64,000 nt of DNA from Thermodesulfobacteriota bacterium (lineage in GTDB: Bacteria > Desulfobacterota > Desulfobulbia > Desulfobulbales > SURF-16): contig JBFMAY010000011.1 in NCBI GenBank assembly GCA_040755455.1, forward strand, positions 15,341 through 79,340, written 5' to 3'. The position numbers were made by a program, and so were the translations under genes. Shown piece after piece: positions 47,021 through 55,607 of the stretch. The stretch's first letter is position 1. Each line of letters opens with the position of its first letter. A model generated the notes under the pieces. The model ran no database searches. It was given only the letters and a program-made list of their open reading frames with translations, and was not told where the DNA came from.

Positions 47021-47391
47021 AAGAGGTGATCGCCATTGTGCGAATAAACATGATGAACCAGACCAAGCAGGTCTTGACCGATATCGGCATCGACGCCTTC
47101 TTCGCCCATGAAGCCCATGGCCGGGGCAAGGGTTTTGTCAATCCCGCGGTGCTGAACGGCGCCCAGCAGGGCTATGAGGAAGCCGCCTCCCTGCTTGGCG
47201 AAAAGGGGAAACTCTATGCCAAGCGCATGGTGACGGTGGTGATCAAGGACGAGCTGGTCGATGACGTGGTGCAGGCGATTATCGCGACCAACCGCACCGG
47301 CAAGCCCGGTGACGGCAAGATCTTTGTCCTGCCGGTGGCCGATGCCGTCCGCGTCCGGACGGGTGAGATGGGCCTCAAGTCCATCGTCTAA
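47017..47391 (+). CDS. nifI2: nitrogenase-associated P-II protein NifI2
   Basis: P-II fold with an extended T-loop (HGRGKGFVNPAVLNGAQQGYEEAASLLGEKGKLYAKR) and GDGKIFVLPV. A 4-nt overlap with nifI1. Confidence 0.9.
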   Translation: MKEVIAIVRINMMNQTKQVLTDIGIDAFFAHEAHGRGKGFVNPAVLNGAQQGYEEAASLLGEKGKLYAKRMVTVVIKDELVDDVVQAIIATNRTGKPGDGKIFVLPVADAVRVRTGEMGLKSIV

Positions 47392-47407
47392 TATAAGGAG
47401 CAATAAC

Positions 47408-49054
47408 ATGGCAACAATGACCGCAAAAAAGAACACAAAGGCGCAGTGGGAACCGGCCGAGGTCAAGGCCGAGCTGCTGGCCAAGTACCCGCCCAAGGTG
47501 GCCCGCAAACGCGCCAAACAGATATTGATCAATGAGGCCCTGGAAAACGAGACGCCGGAGATCTCCGCCAACGTGCGCACCATCCCCGGCATCATCACCA
47601 TGCGCGGCTGCACCTATGCCGGCTGCAAGGGGGTTATCATGGGTCCTACCCGGGACATCGTCAATCTGGTGCACGGCCCCATCGGCTGCAGCTTTTACGC
47701 CTGGCTGACCCGGCGCAACCAGACCGATGCCGGAGCTGACGGTGCAAACTACATGACCTATGCCTTTTCCACGGACATGCAGGACTCGGACATCATTTTC
47801 GGCGGCGAAAAGAAACTGGAAAAGGCCATCCAGGAGGCCTATGACCTGTTCCATCCCAGATCCATCGCCGTCTTTGCCACCTGCCCGGTGGGATTGATCG
47901 GCGACGACATCCACACCGTGGCCAAGCGGATGAAGGAGAAATTCGGCGACTGCAATGTCTACGCCTTTTCCTGCGAGGGCTACAAGGGCGTCAGCCAGTC
48001 AGCCGGCCACCACATTGCCAACAACCAGGTGTTCCGCCATATCGTCGGCGAAAACGACGAGGTGAAACCGGGCAAATATAAGATCAACCTGCTGGGCGAG
48101 TACAACATCGGCGGCGACGGCTTTGAGATCGACCGCATTTTCAAGAAATGCGGCATCACCAACATCGCCACCTTTTCCGGCAACTCGACCTATGACCAGT
48201 TCGCCTCGGCCCACACCGCCGATCTGAACGCCGTCATGTGTCACCGGTCCATCAACTACGTGGCCGACATGCTGGAGACCAAATACGGCATCCCCTGGAT
48301 CAAGGTGAACTTCATCAGCGCCAAGGCCACGGCCAAATCGCTGCGCAAGATCGCCGAGTACTTCGGCGACCAGGAGCTCACCCGCCGGGTGGAGGCGGTG
48401 ATTGCCGAGGAGATGCCGGCGGTGGAGGCGGCGAAAAATGACATCCTGCCCCGCACCCAGGGCAAGACCGCCATGCTGTTTGTCGGCGGCTCCCGGGCCC
48501 ACCATTACCAGGAACTGTTTGCCGAGATGGGCATGAAAACCATCTCCGCCGGTTACGAGTTCGCCCACCGGGACGATTACGAGGGCCGTCAGATCATCCC
48601 CAATCTGACGGTGGATGCCGACAGCCGCAACATCGAAGAGATCGAGGTGGAGGCCGACGCGACCCGCTTTAAGCCGCGCAAGACCCCGGAAGAGATGAAG
48701 GCCCTGACAGAGGCGGGATACAGATTCAAGGATTACGAAGGATTGATCCCTGACATGGACAAAGGGACGCTCGTCATCGACGACCTCAACCAGTACGAGG
48801 CGGAGAAGCTGGTGGAACTGATGAAACCGGATATCTTCTGCGCCGGCATCAAGGAGAAATTCTCCATCCAGAAGCTGGGCGTTCCCATGAAGCAGCTGCA
48901 CAGCTATGACTCGGGCGGTCCCTACGCCGGTTTCCAGGGCGCGGTCAACTTCTACAAGGAAATCGACCGGCTGGTGAACAGCAAGGTATGGAGCTACATG
49001 AAGGCCCCCTGGCAGGAGAATCCGCAGCTTTCCGCCACTTACGGCTGGGAATGA
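47408..49054 (+). CDS. nifD: nitrogenase molybdenum-iron protein alpha chain
   Basis: The ATG follows TAAGGAG. P-cluster and FeMo-co ligand regions are present: RGCTYAGCKGV, HGPIGCSFYAW, ATCPVGLIGDDI, and the CHRSINY region. Confidence 0.95.
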   Translation: MATMTAKKNTKAQWEPAEVKAELLAKYPPKVARKRAKQILINEALENETPEISANVRTIPGIITMRGCTYAGCKGVIMGPTRDIVNLVHGPIGCSFYAWLTRRNQTDAGADGANYMTYAFSTDMQDSDIIFGGEKKLEKAIQEAYDLFHPRSIAVFATCPVGLIGDDIHTVAKRMKEKFGDCNVYAFSCEGYKGVSQSAGHHIANNQVFRHIVGENDEVKPGKYKINLLGEYNIGGDGFEIDRIFKKCGITNIATFSGNSTYDQFASAHTADLNAVMCHRSINYVADMLETKYGIPWIKVNFISAKATAKSLRKIAEYFGDQELTRRVEAVIAEEMPAVEAAKNDILPRTQGKTAMLFVGGSRAHHYQELFAEMGMKTISAGYEFAHRDDYEGRQIIPNLTVDADSRNIEEIEVEADATRFKPRKTPEEMKALTEAGYRFKDYEGLIPDMDKGTLVIDDLNQYEAEKLVELMKPDIFCAGIKEKFSIQKLGVPMKQLHSYDSGGPYAGFQGAVNFYKEIDRLVNSKVWSYMKAPWQENPQLSATYGWE

Positions 49055-49179
49055 TTTTTAGGTGGATCAGGTGAATAGTCTGTAGTCTTTGAGGTTTTCA
49101 GCTTAACCCCTACAAACTAAACACCTATTCACCTGCAGACTGAACAACCAGAGTATTCACTCTTTTATTGAGGTTAGCC

Positions 49180-50553
49180 ATGTTACTACGACATACACCA
49201 AAAGAAATCAGCGAGCGCAGCGCCTTGATGATCAATCCGGCCAAGACCTGCCAGCCCATCGGCGCCATGTACGCGTCACTGGGCATCCACGGCTGCCTGC
49301 CCCACAGCCATGGCTCCCAGGGGTGCTGCGCTTACCACCGCAGCACCCTGACCAGGCACTACAAGGAGCCGGTATCCGCGGCCACCAGCTCGTTTACCGA
49401 GGGCGCCTCCGTATTCGGCGGCCAGGCCAACATGCTGCAGGCCATTGACAATATCTTTGCCGTCTATGATCCGGAGATCATTGCCGTGCATACCACCTGC
49501 CTGTCCGAGACCATCGGCGACGATCTGAAACAGATCCGCAAAAAGGCGCTGGCCGAGGGCAAAATCCCCGAGGGCAAGTACATGATCAGCGCCTCGACCC
49601 CGAGCTATGTTGGCTCGCACGTCACCGGCTTTTCCACCATGGTCAAGTCCATGGCCGGACTCGCCGAGACCACCGGCAAAAAGAACGGCAAGGTAAACAT
49701 CATCCCCGGCTGGATCGAACCGGCCGACATGGAGGAGATCAAACGGGTCACCAAGATGATCGGCGTCAAAACCATTCTCTTCCCAGACACCTCCGGCGTG
49801 CTGAACGGCCCGCTGTCCGGCGAGTACAAAATGTTTCCGGACGGCGGTACCACCGTGGCGGAGCTGAAAGCCGCCGGTGATTCCGTCGGCACCCTGGCCC
49901 TGGGCGAATGGTGCTCGGCTGACGCGGCCCGGGAGCTGGACAGCAAGAACAAGGTGCCCTGCAAGGTGCTGGACATGCCCTTCGGCCTCAAGGCCACCGA
50001 CCGCTTCATCGATGCCCTGCGCACCATCGGCGGGGTGACCGTGCCCGATGAGCTGTCCATGGAGCGGGGCCAGCTGGTGGACATGATCTCCGACATGCAC
50101 CAGTACCTCTACCACAAGAAGGTGGCCCTGGTGGGTGATCCGGACCAGCTGATTGCCATGACCGAGTTCCTGGTCACCCTGGACATGTGGCCCATGCACA
50201 TCGTCACCGGCACGCCGGGCAAGGCCTTTGAAAGACGCATCAGGGAGATCACCAAGGATCTGCCCTATGCGGTGAACGTCAAGGCGGCCGGGGACATGTT
50301 CCTGCTGCACCAGTGGATCAAAAACGATCCGGTGGATCTCCTGATCGGCAACACCTACTGCAAGTACATTGCCCGGGACGAGGACCTGCCCTTTGTCCGC
50401 TGGGGCTTCCCCATCCTGGACCGCCAGGGGCATCAGTACTTTCCCACGGTAGGCTACAAGGGGGGCTTACGGCTGCTGGAAAAGATCCTGGGCGTGCTGC
50501 TCGACCGCAAGGACCGGGATGAGCCGGAGCAGAGTTTTGAGCTGGTCATGTAG
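49180..50553 (+). CDS. nifK: nitrogenase molybdenum-iron protein beta chain (short N-terminus type)
   Basis: Motifs CQPIGAMYASLGIHGCLPHSHGSQGCCAY and TTCLSETIGDD. About 457 aa. Confidence 0.95.
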   Translation: MLLRHTPKEISERSALMINPAKTCQPIGAMYASLGIHGCLPHSHGSQGCCAYHRSTLTRHYKEPVSAATSSFTEGASVFGGQANMLQAIDNIFAVYDPEIIAVHTTCLSETIGDDLKQIRKKALAEGKIPEGKYMISASTPSYVGSHVTGFSTMVKSMAGLAETTGKKNGKVNIIPGWIEPADMEEIKRVTKMIGVKTILFPDTSGVLNGPLSGEYKMFPDGGTTVAELKAAGDSVGTLALGEWCSADAARELDSKNKVPCKVLDMPFGLKATDRFIDALRTIGGVTVPDELSMERGQLVDMISDMHQYLYHKKVALVGDPDQLIAMTEFLVTLDMWPMHIVTGTPGKAFERRIREITKDLPYAVNVKAAGDMFLLHQWIKNDPVDLLIGNTYCKYIARDEDLPFVRWGFPILDRQGHQYFPTVGYKGGLRLLEKILGVLLDRKDRDEPEQSFELVM

Positions 50554-50646
50554 TGACAGGCGGCGGGGGAATCGTTGCTCCCCTGCCGGCTTGCGCGAAA
50601 ACTTATCGGCGAGCACACTGTGATAGCTCATTGCAATTCAGGCGCC

Positions 50647-50716
50647 GTAGCTGCTGGCCTTGCCCGCGATCACAGGCATCTTGTCATGGAATCGCGCGGG
50701 CATGGCCCGCTTCTAC
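50647..50716. repeat. degenerate second copy of the GTAG-type REP palindrome
   Basis: GTAGCTGCTGGCCTTGCCCGCGAT...ATCGCGCGGGCATGGCCCGCTTCTAC, compared with the copy at 24099-24170 (GTAGGAGCGGGCCATGCCCGCGAC...ATCGCGGGCATGGCCCGCTCCTGC). Confidence 0.6.
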
Positions 50717-50772
50717 TGTGCGCCTTATGGCGAAAAAGACTTTCGACTAACCCATCAAACACAAGGCATCCC

Positions 50773-51933
50773 ATGAACGCCATATCCCCATGCACAACAG
50801 TCCGGGCCTGCGCCGGTTCACAGTCATGCCGGCAGTCAGGAAAAGCACTTGAGCTGCCGGTGGCGGCCCGCGTCAATGCCAGGCTGCGCTCTACCTCCAC
50901 GGCCAGGACCCCCCAGGCCATGCTGCCGCAGGGGGCGGCGAACCGGCTTGACGACTTGCTCAGCCGGGGCGCAGACATCGGCGAGGTACAGCTCAGCGGC
51001 CCTGGTGATCCCCTGGCAGATATCCGTCCCACCCTGGAGACCTGCCGCCTGGTGCGGGACAGACATGCCGACCTGCGGCTGGGTATCACCACCCTTGGCA
51101 TCAACGCTGAGGCCTATGCCGATACCCTGGCCGAACACGGGGTATGCACGGTCACCCTGCTGGTGGAGGCGGTTGACCCAGAGCTGGTGAAAAACCTCTA
51201 TGCCTGGATCCGACCCGGCACCAGGACCATTCCCCTGAGTCAAGCGGCCCCCATGCTGGTGGAGGCACAGAAGCGGGCCATTACCGCCCTGCAACGGGCC
51301 GGTCTTACGATCACGGTCAGGACCACGGTTTTCCCAGGCATCAACGACAGCCACGTGGCGGCAATCGCCGAACGGATGGCCGAGCTGGGAGTGGGGAAAA
51401 TGGTCCTGGCACCCTGCCCGGATGAGCCGGACGCACCCAATGCGCCGGACAGCGCCCGCATGGCTGCCCTGGCCGGGCTGGCAGGCCGCTATCTTGCCAC
51501 GGAAATCATTGCCCCGGCCGCGGCCGACCTGGGCGCCACCCGAGCTGCGGCAGGAGGCGCGGCGGCTGGCATGCTGCCGCAGCCGAGCCCAACGCGGCCC
51601 AACGTGGCGGTGGTCAGCGCCACCGGCATGGATATCGATCTGCACCTCGGCCAGGCCGGCCGGGCCCTGATATACGGGCCCAGGGAAGACGGCCTGCCCT
51701 GCCTGCTGACCACCCGGCCCCTGCCCCCTCCGGGAAGCGGCAGCGTCAGGTGGGAGAAGCTGGCGGATTCGTTCACCGACTGCTTTGCCCTGCTCACCTC
51801 AGGCGCCGGTGACAATCCACGAAAGGTTTTAGCCAGCCACGGCATCACCGTGCTCGTTACCGACGGCAATGTGGAGGGCACGGTGGACGCGCTGTACGGC
51901 GGCGGCAAAAACGGAAAACAATGCCGCAGATAG
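50773..51933 (+). CDS. NifB-like paralogue lacking the radical-SAM and auxiliary-cluster cysteines (radical-SAM-barrel-like plus NifX-like domains)
   Basis: Collinear with NifB (58525..59796): LSGPGDPLADIRPTLETCRLVRD, VEAVDPELVKNLYAWIR, FPGINDSHVAAIAERMAELG, NVAVVSATGMDIDLHLGQA. However, LPVAARVNARLRSTSTA replaces LPVAPKCNIKCNYCNRK. Start chosen at MNAISPC (AAGG 8 nt upstream). Confidence 0.7.
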   Translation: MNAISPCTTVRACAGSQSCRQSGKALELPVAARVNARLRSTSTARTPQAMLPQGAANRLDDLLSRGADIGEVQLSGPGDPLADIRPTLETCRLVRDRHADLRLGITTLGINAEAYADTLAEHGVCTVTLLVEAVDPELVKNLYAWIRPGTRTIPLSQAAPMLVEAQKRAITALQRAGLTITVRTTVFPGINDSHVAAIAERMAELGVGKMVLAPCPDEPDAPNAPDSARMAALAGLAGRYLATEIIAPAAADLGATRAAAGGAAAGMLPQPSPTRPNVAVVSATGMDIDLHLGQAGRALIYGPREDGLPCLLTTRPLPPPGSGSVRWEKLADSFTDCFALLTSGAGDNPRKVLASHGITVLVTDGNVEGTVDALYGGGKNGKQCRR

Positions 51934-51976
51934 CGGCGTTCATAAATGAAAAGCACTCAACAAAAAGGAGAACACC

Positions 51977-52282
51977 ATGGCAATTCCCAAACGACAGATA
52001 CTTGTGTGCCAGAGCTTCCGGGCGGCCGGCGGCGACCCCAAAGGCCTCTGCCACAAACAGACCGACGGCTTTCTGCAGTACATCGACGAAGAGATCCTGG
52101 ACCGCGGCCTGGACTGCCTGGTCACGGCAACCACCTGCCTCAAGCAGTGCGAATCCGGCCCCATCATGGTCATCCACCCGGAGAACTGGTGGTTCAAGGG
52201 GGTGGACAGCACCGCGGCCATTGACGCCATCCTGGACGGTCTCGAGGACGGTGAGCCGGCGGCGGATTACCTGATCGGCTGA
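51977..52282 (+). CDS. thioredoxin-like [2Fe-2S] ferredoxin
   Basis: 101 aa. Cys pattern C11, C25, C54-x3-C58 (ILVCQS, GLCHKQ, TTCLKQCESGP), as in clostridial/Aquifex-type 2Fe ferredoxins. AAAGGAG SD. Confidence 0.8.
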   Translation: MAIPKRQILVCQSFRAAGGDPKGLCHKQTDGFLQYIDEEILDRGLDCLVTATTCLKQCESGPIMVIHPENWWFKGVDSTAAIDAILDGLEDGEPAADYLIG

Positions 52283-52289
52283 ACGACAC

Positions 52290-52723
52290 ATGGCTGCGCC
52301 CATGGTGATCATCCGTGCGGCCCGTCCCGCCGACATTGACAGCCTCACGGCCCTGCTGAAAATCCTCTTCAGCATCGAAGAGGACTTTATTTTTGACGAA
52401 ACGCGGCAGCGCCCGGGCCTGCGTGCTGGCGGCCGAGGCGGATGGCCAGGTCATCGGCATGTGCTCCGGCCAGCTCACCGTGTCCACCGCCGAGGGCGGC
52501 CCAGCCCCTGCTGGTGGAGGATGTGGTGGTTTTGCCTGACTGGCACGGCCGGGGCATCGGCCGCCGCCTGATGGAGAGCCTCGGCGCCTGGGCCGGAGAA
52601 CAGAGGGTAAGGCGGCTCCAGCTGCTGGCTGACCGCAACAACGGCCCGGCCCTGGATTTTTACAGCAAACTCGGCTGGCAGACCACGGAGCTGATCTGCC
52701 TGCGCAAACGCCTGCCGCGCTGA
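52290..52723 (+). pseudogene. GNAT-family N-acetyltransferase interrupted by two frame changes
   Basis: The N-terminus is in frame 0 (VIIRAARPADIDSLTALLKILFSIEEDFIFDETRQR). The middle is in frame +1 (ACVLAAEADGQVIGMCSGQLTVSTAEGGPA). The core is in frame +2 (LLVEDVVVLPDWHGRGIGRRLMESLGAWAGEQRVRRLQLLADRNNGPALDFYSKLGW). The shifts lie near 52410-52420 and 52495-52510, both in G/C runs. Confidence 0.6.
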
Positions 52724-52750
52724 AAGGGGCGGCGGGAATAAGGATATCGA

Positions 52751-53218
52751 ATGACCATGGCACAGGAAAATAATACCCATATGTCACCGGCTGCTGGCCG
52801 GTCCGGCCTGATCGGCTTCAGCGATATCAAATTTCAATCCATCAAGGGCTGGGAAGAATACCTGCGCGAGGGGGAACAATACCTGACCACGGCCCGCCGG
52901 GCCTTTGCCGGTCAGCGGCACGCCTTTACCGCCGAGATCCTCTACAACGTCATCGCCATGGCCATTGAAAAACTGGTGATGTCCGCCCTCATGCAGAGCG
53001 GCCACCTGCCATACAACCATACCATGCGTGACCTGGCGGCAGCCATGGAGGAACATTTTCCCGGCCGGCTGGGCACCATCAGGGAACGGCTGCTGGCCCT
53101 TGATACCTACCAGGAAATCTGCGACCTTGACACCTACCACAGACAGCCGCCCACCATGGAGGAAATCCCGGCCATGCTCGGGCTGGCCATTGAGCTGCAG
53201 GAGCTGGTGAGCCGATGA
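52751..53218 (+). CDS. hypothetical protein, HEPN-like helical domain
   Basis: 155 aa, all-helical. The pattern ARRAFAGQRHAFTAEILYNVIAMAIEKLVMSALMQSGHLPYNHTMRDL resembles HEPN (A..A.EK..K..L...G......H.L..L). This is a weak call. Confidence 0.4.
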   Translation: MTMAQENNTHMSPAAGRSGLIGFSDIKFQSIKGWEEYLREGEQYLTTARRAFAGQRHAFTAEILYNVIAMAIEKLVMSALMQSGHLPYNHTMRDLAAAMEEHFPGRLGTIRERLLALDTYQEICDLDTYHRQPPTMEEIPAMLGLAIELQELVSR

Positions 53219-53335
53219 AACTGTTTACGGGCTAGGGAAGTAAGCGCTAAACGAATTTAATCCGACACCTCTCACATCCGCAGATCATCCGGAAATTCCG
53301 ATGACAAATCGCCGCTCATCACCAGCAGCGTATAT

Positions 53336-55090
53336 TCAGCATTTATCACCAGTCATCTTCAAAAGTTTGCCGATAAAATGATGAACATCCTCATGAATTT
53401 CATCGGGGCTCATGCTCATAGCAACCTCATCACGAATGAGCTGCAAAGATGGTGAGCCAGTTCGAAGTTGGTGGAAAAGTGAGTTGTCATCTTCGAACAG
53501 AATTCGCTTCCCATCGACCACCATGAATATATTTGCCGTTACGTTTCGCCACGTTTTTCCAGCGGGCAACGTCAAATTCTGATCGGAAAAAAAATTATTG
53601 ATGGTGTGTAACACTGGATACGCAAAAAGATTGTCTTCTTTGCTTTTCATAAGCTGGAGAGCTGCTCGCTTCCAGGCATCAGGAACCAACAAGTAGTTTT
53701 CAATATTTTTTCGCTTCCACTCGGTTAATGTAAGGTTATCAGTAGGGGGATGAAATGCATTGGCGCTATTGTCGTAGTCGAAGAGCATTAATCGTGAAAC
53801 CTCAGGGATGATCTGCTGCAATGCTGCGTAATGTTCATCCGCCCTGTTTTTCATGTTCTCTTTGCCGCCACCCCCCATCGTCTTGAAACAGACTTTGTCA
53901 ATCGCTACCTGCGCACAGCATTGAGCTGCCCAAGCACGAAGAATACGTTCATCGCTTTCCCCTTCCACATAGAGAATGTAGGGCGATGCCATCAGCCTTG
54001 CTATTTCTTCGTTGGTAACTTCCGACATTGCTCTCAACACTTCCGGTGTTGACTGAATACGCCTTGGCACTTGACTCAGCAGCGAGACTATTTGACTGGC
54101 ATCAACACCTCGCGCAAACTCCTCTGCATGTGTAGCAATCAGAAACTGAGTGTTTCTCTCAAAAGATTTTCTTTTGAAAAAATCGAGAATCTCACGTTGC
54201 AAGTTAACATGCAGATGAGCATCTGGTTCATCAAGGAGTATGGTGGTGGGTTGATAACCATACAGAAAGGCCAACAGAGTCAGAGTCTGGTGGAACCCGC
54301 TCCCCCCGGAAATAATGTCATAGTTTTTGCCATTTTGTCGATATTCAACGGTGATATAGACATCCCCTGCAGAGTCATATTTTGGCTCACGAATTTTTAC
54401 AGAGAACCAGCGTTCGGTTATAGCAGCCAGTTCCTGCCAGTCATTAGGCGATGGCCGTTTGACGATACGACCATCCGATTCTCTTTCGGGTGGGGGACAC
54501 ACCCGTAACAGTAAATTGCGAAGTACGCTTCCGGGTTGACCCTTCCCTACCTGCTGGCGAATCGGAGAATCATCTAGTTTTTTCTCGGTTGGCTCCAGGC
54601 CAGAAAAAGGGGGTACGTAGGCAATTTTGGGCAGGATCCCCTGCTTTTCGCATTCACGGAATTTTGCCCAACCATCGCTGGGAATTGCATAAATTGTTTG
54701 CGGCGAGTGGTAGCGCAACTCTACGCCAAAAGAATCTGTCGCTCCAGTCTCCATCAGCCATTCCACCCGAATGCCAATCAGAATGTATTCCTGCTTTTTT
54801 TTGCCGTTGACCATAGGCCAATGCCGATCAGTTCTATCTTTCCAAAGCAGGTTAAATTCAGGAACCGGCAAAGCAGTAAAGTTTGGCAGGACCACCTGTA
54901 CACCTTTTGTACCGCTGCGTTTCAATCTATGAAACTCATCAACACAGTACTGCCAGATTGCCAACGCCTGCAACACTGTGCTTTTGCCGCTGTTATTCCT
55001 CCCAATCAGAAGATCAAACTGGAAAAAGTCGTAGACCTGTTCACTTACACTTTTGAAATTACGTAGCGCTAATTTTGTAATCATAGACAA
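53336..55090 (-). CDS. ABC-type ATPase fused to a Toprim/DUF4435-like nuclease domain (OLD-family / fused PARIS AriA-AriB-like defence candidate)
   Basis: 584 aa. N-terminus: LRNFKSV, P-loop GRNNSGKSTVLQAL, Walker B/D-loop ILLDEPDAHLH, and ATHAEEF. C-terminus: ILYVEGESDERIL ... GGGGKENM ... LMLFDYDNS (DxD) ... RKNIENYLLVP. It is visibly AT-richer than its neighbours and is flanked by noncoding DNA. Confidence 0.7.
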   Translation of the reverse strand: MSMITKLALRNFKSVSEQVYDFFQFDLLIGRNNSGKSTVLQALAIWQYCVDEFHRLKRSGTKGVQVVLPNFTALPVPEFNLLWKDRTDRHWPMVNGKKKQEYILIGIRVEWLMETGATDSFGVELRYHSPQTIYAIPSDGWAKFRECEKQGILPKIAYVPPFSGLEPTEKKLDDSPIRQQVGKGQPGSVLRNLLLRVCPPPERESDGRIVKRPSPNDWQELAAITERWFSVKIREPKYDSAGDVYITVEYRQNGKNYDIISGGSGFHQTLTLLAFLYGYQPTTILLDEPDAHLHVNLQREILDFFKRKSFERNTQFLIATHAEEFARGVDASQIVSLLSQVPRRIQSTPEVLRAMSEVTNEEIARLMASPYILYVEGESDERILRAWAAQCCAQVAIDKVCFKTMGGGGKENMKNRADEHYAALQQIIPEVSRLMLFDYDNSANAFHPPTDNLTLTEWKRKNIENYLLVPDAWKRAALQLMKSKEDNLFAYPVLHTINNFFSDQNLTLPAGKTWRNVTANIFMVVDGKRILFEDDNSLFHQLRTGSPSLQLIRDEVAMSMSPDEIHEDVHHFIGKLLKMTGDKC

Positions 55091-55477
55091 ATCACCACTT
55101 TGCAGTATACAAGTTATGTTTTTTTATACTTTGAAAACATTCATCACCTCATCCCCAAAACAAGCAAAGCCCTATATTTACCCTTCACTCTTCACAATTT
55201 TTTCTCACATCTGCTCAAAGGCTTCCTTCACCCTGGCACCCGGTCAACTGCTCCAGATTGTTCACACCGGGTTCCCCGATGACCAGCAGAAAATCTTACT
55301 CCAGCAAAAAAATCTCAACAACACAACCGATCTATGCAGCAAATACCCCCTGTCTGCCCAATAATCAAGCACATACTACTTCTTTATAGACATACTCCGA
55401 CAGAAACATCTCGACATCATCGGCAATATTCTTATTTTTCCCCCACACCCGACAAAATTGTCCCCCTCCTTCATTTT

Positions 55478-55493
55478 TGTAACCTTTCCGACA
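55478..55493 (+). promoter_or_regulatory. candidate NifA upstream activator sequence (TGT-N10-ACA) for nifENB
   Basis: TGTAACCTTTCCGACA. It begins 114 bp upstream of the TGGCAC at 55592, the same spacing as at nifH. It shares the CCGACAAA 3' half with the nifH site. An extra CCGACAAA half-site lies at 55449-55456. Confidence 0.55.
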
Positions 55494-55591
55494 AATGTCG
55501 CGGTCTGCGCCAACGCGCATTCATTCCCGGCGAAACCATCACCGCCACATAACACCACGTAATCACACACTTTTCTCGCCATAATTTCTCA

Positions 55592-55607
55592 TGGCACACC
55601 CGTTGCT
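55592..55607 (+). promoter_or_regulatory. sigma-54 (-24/-12) promoter of the nifE-nifN-nifB operon
   Basis: TGGCAC-ACCCG-TTGCT is a perfect match to TGGCAC-N5-TTGCW. It lies 75 nt before the nifE ATG. Confidence 0.8.

Noticed and set aside
50575-50772. The upstream 66-codon extension of the NifB-like ORF given in the track.
   Set aside because: The extension reads through the REP-like palindrome and has no similarity to the NifB N-terminus. An ATG with an upstream AAGG at 50773 fits the start of the alignment better.
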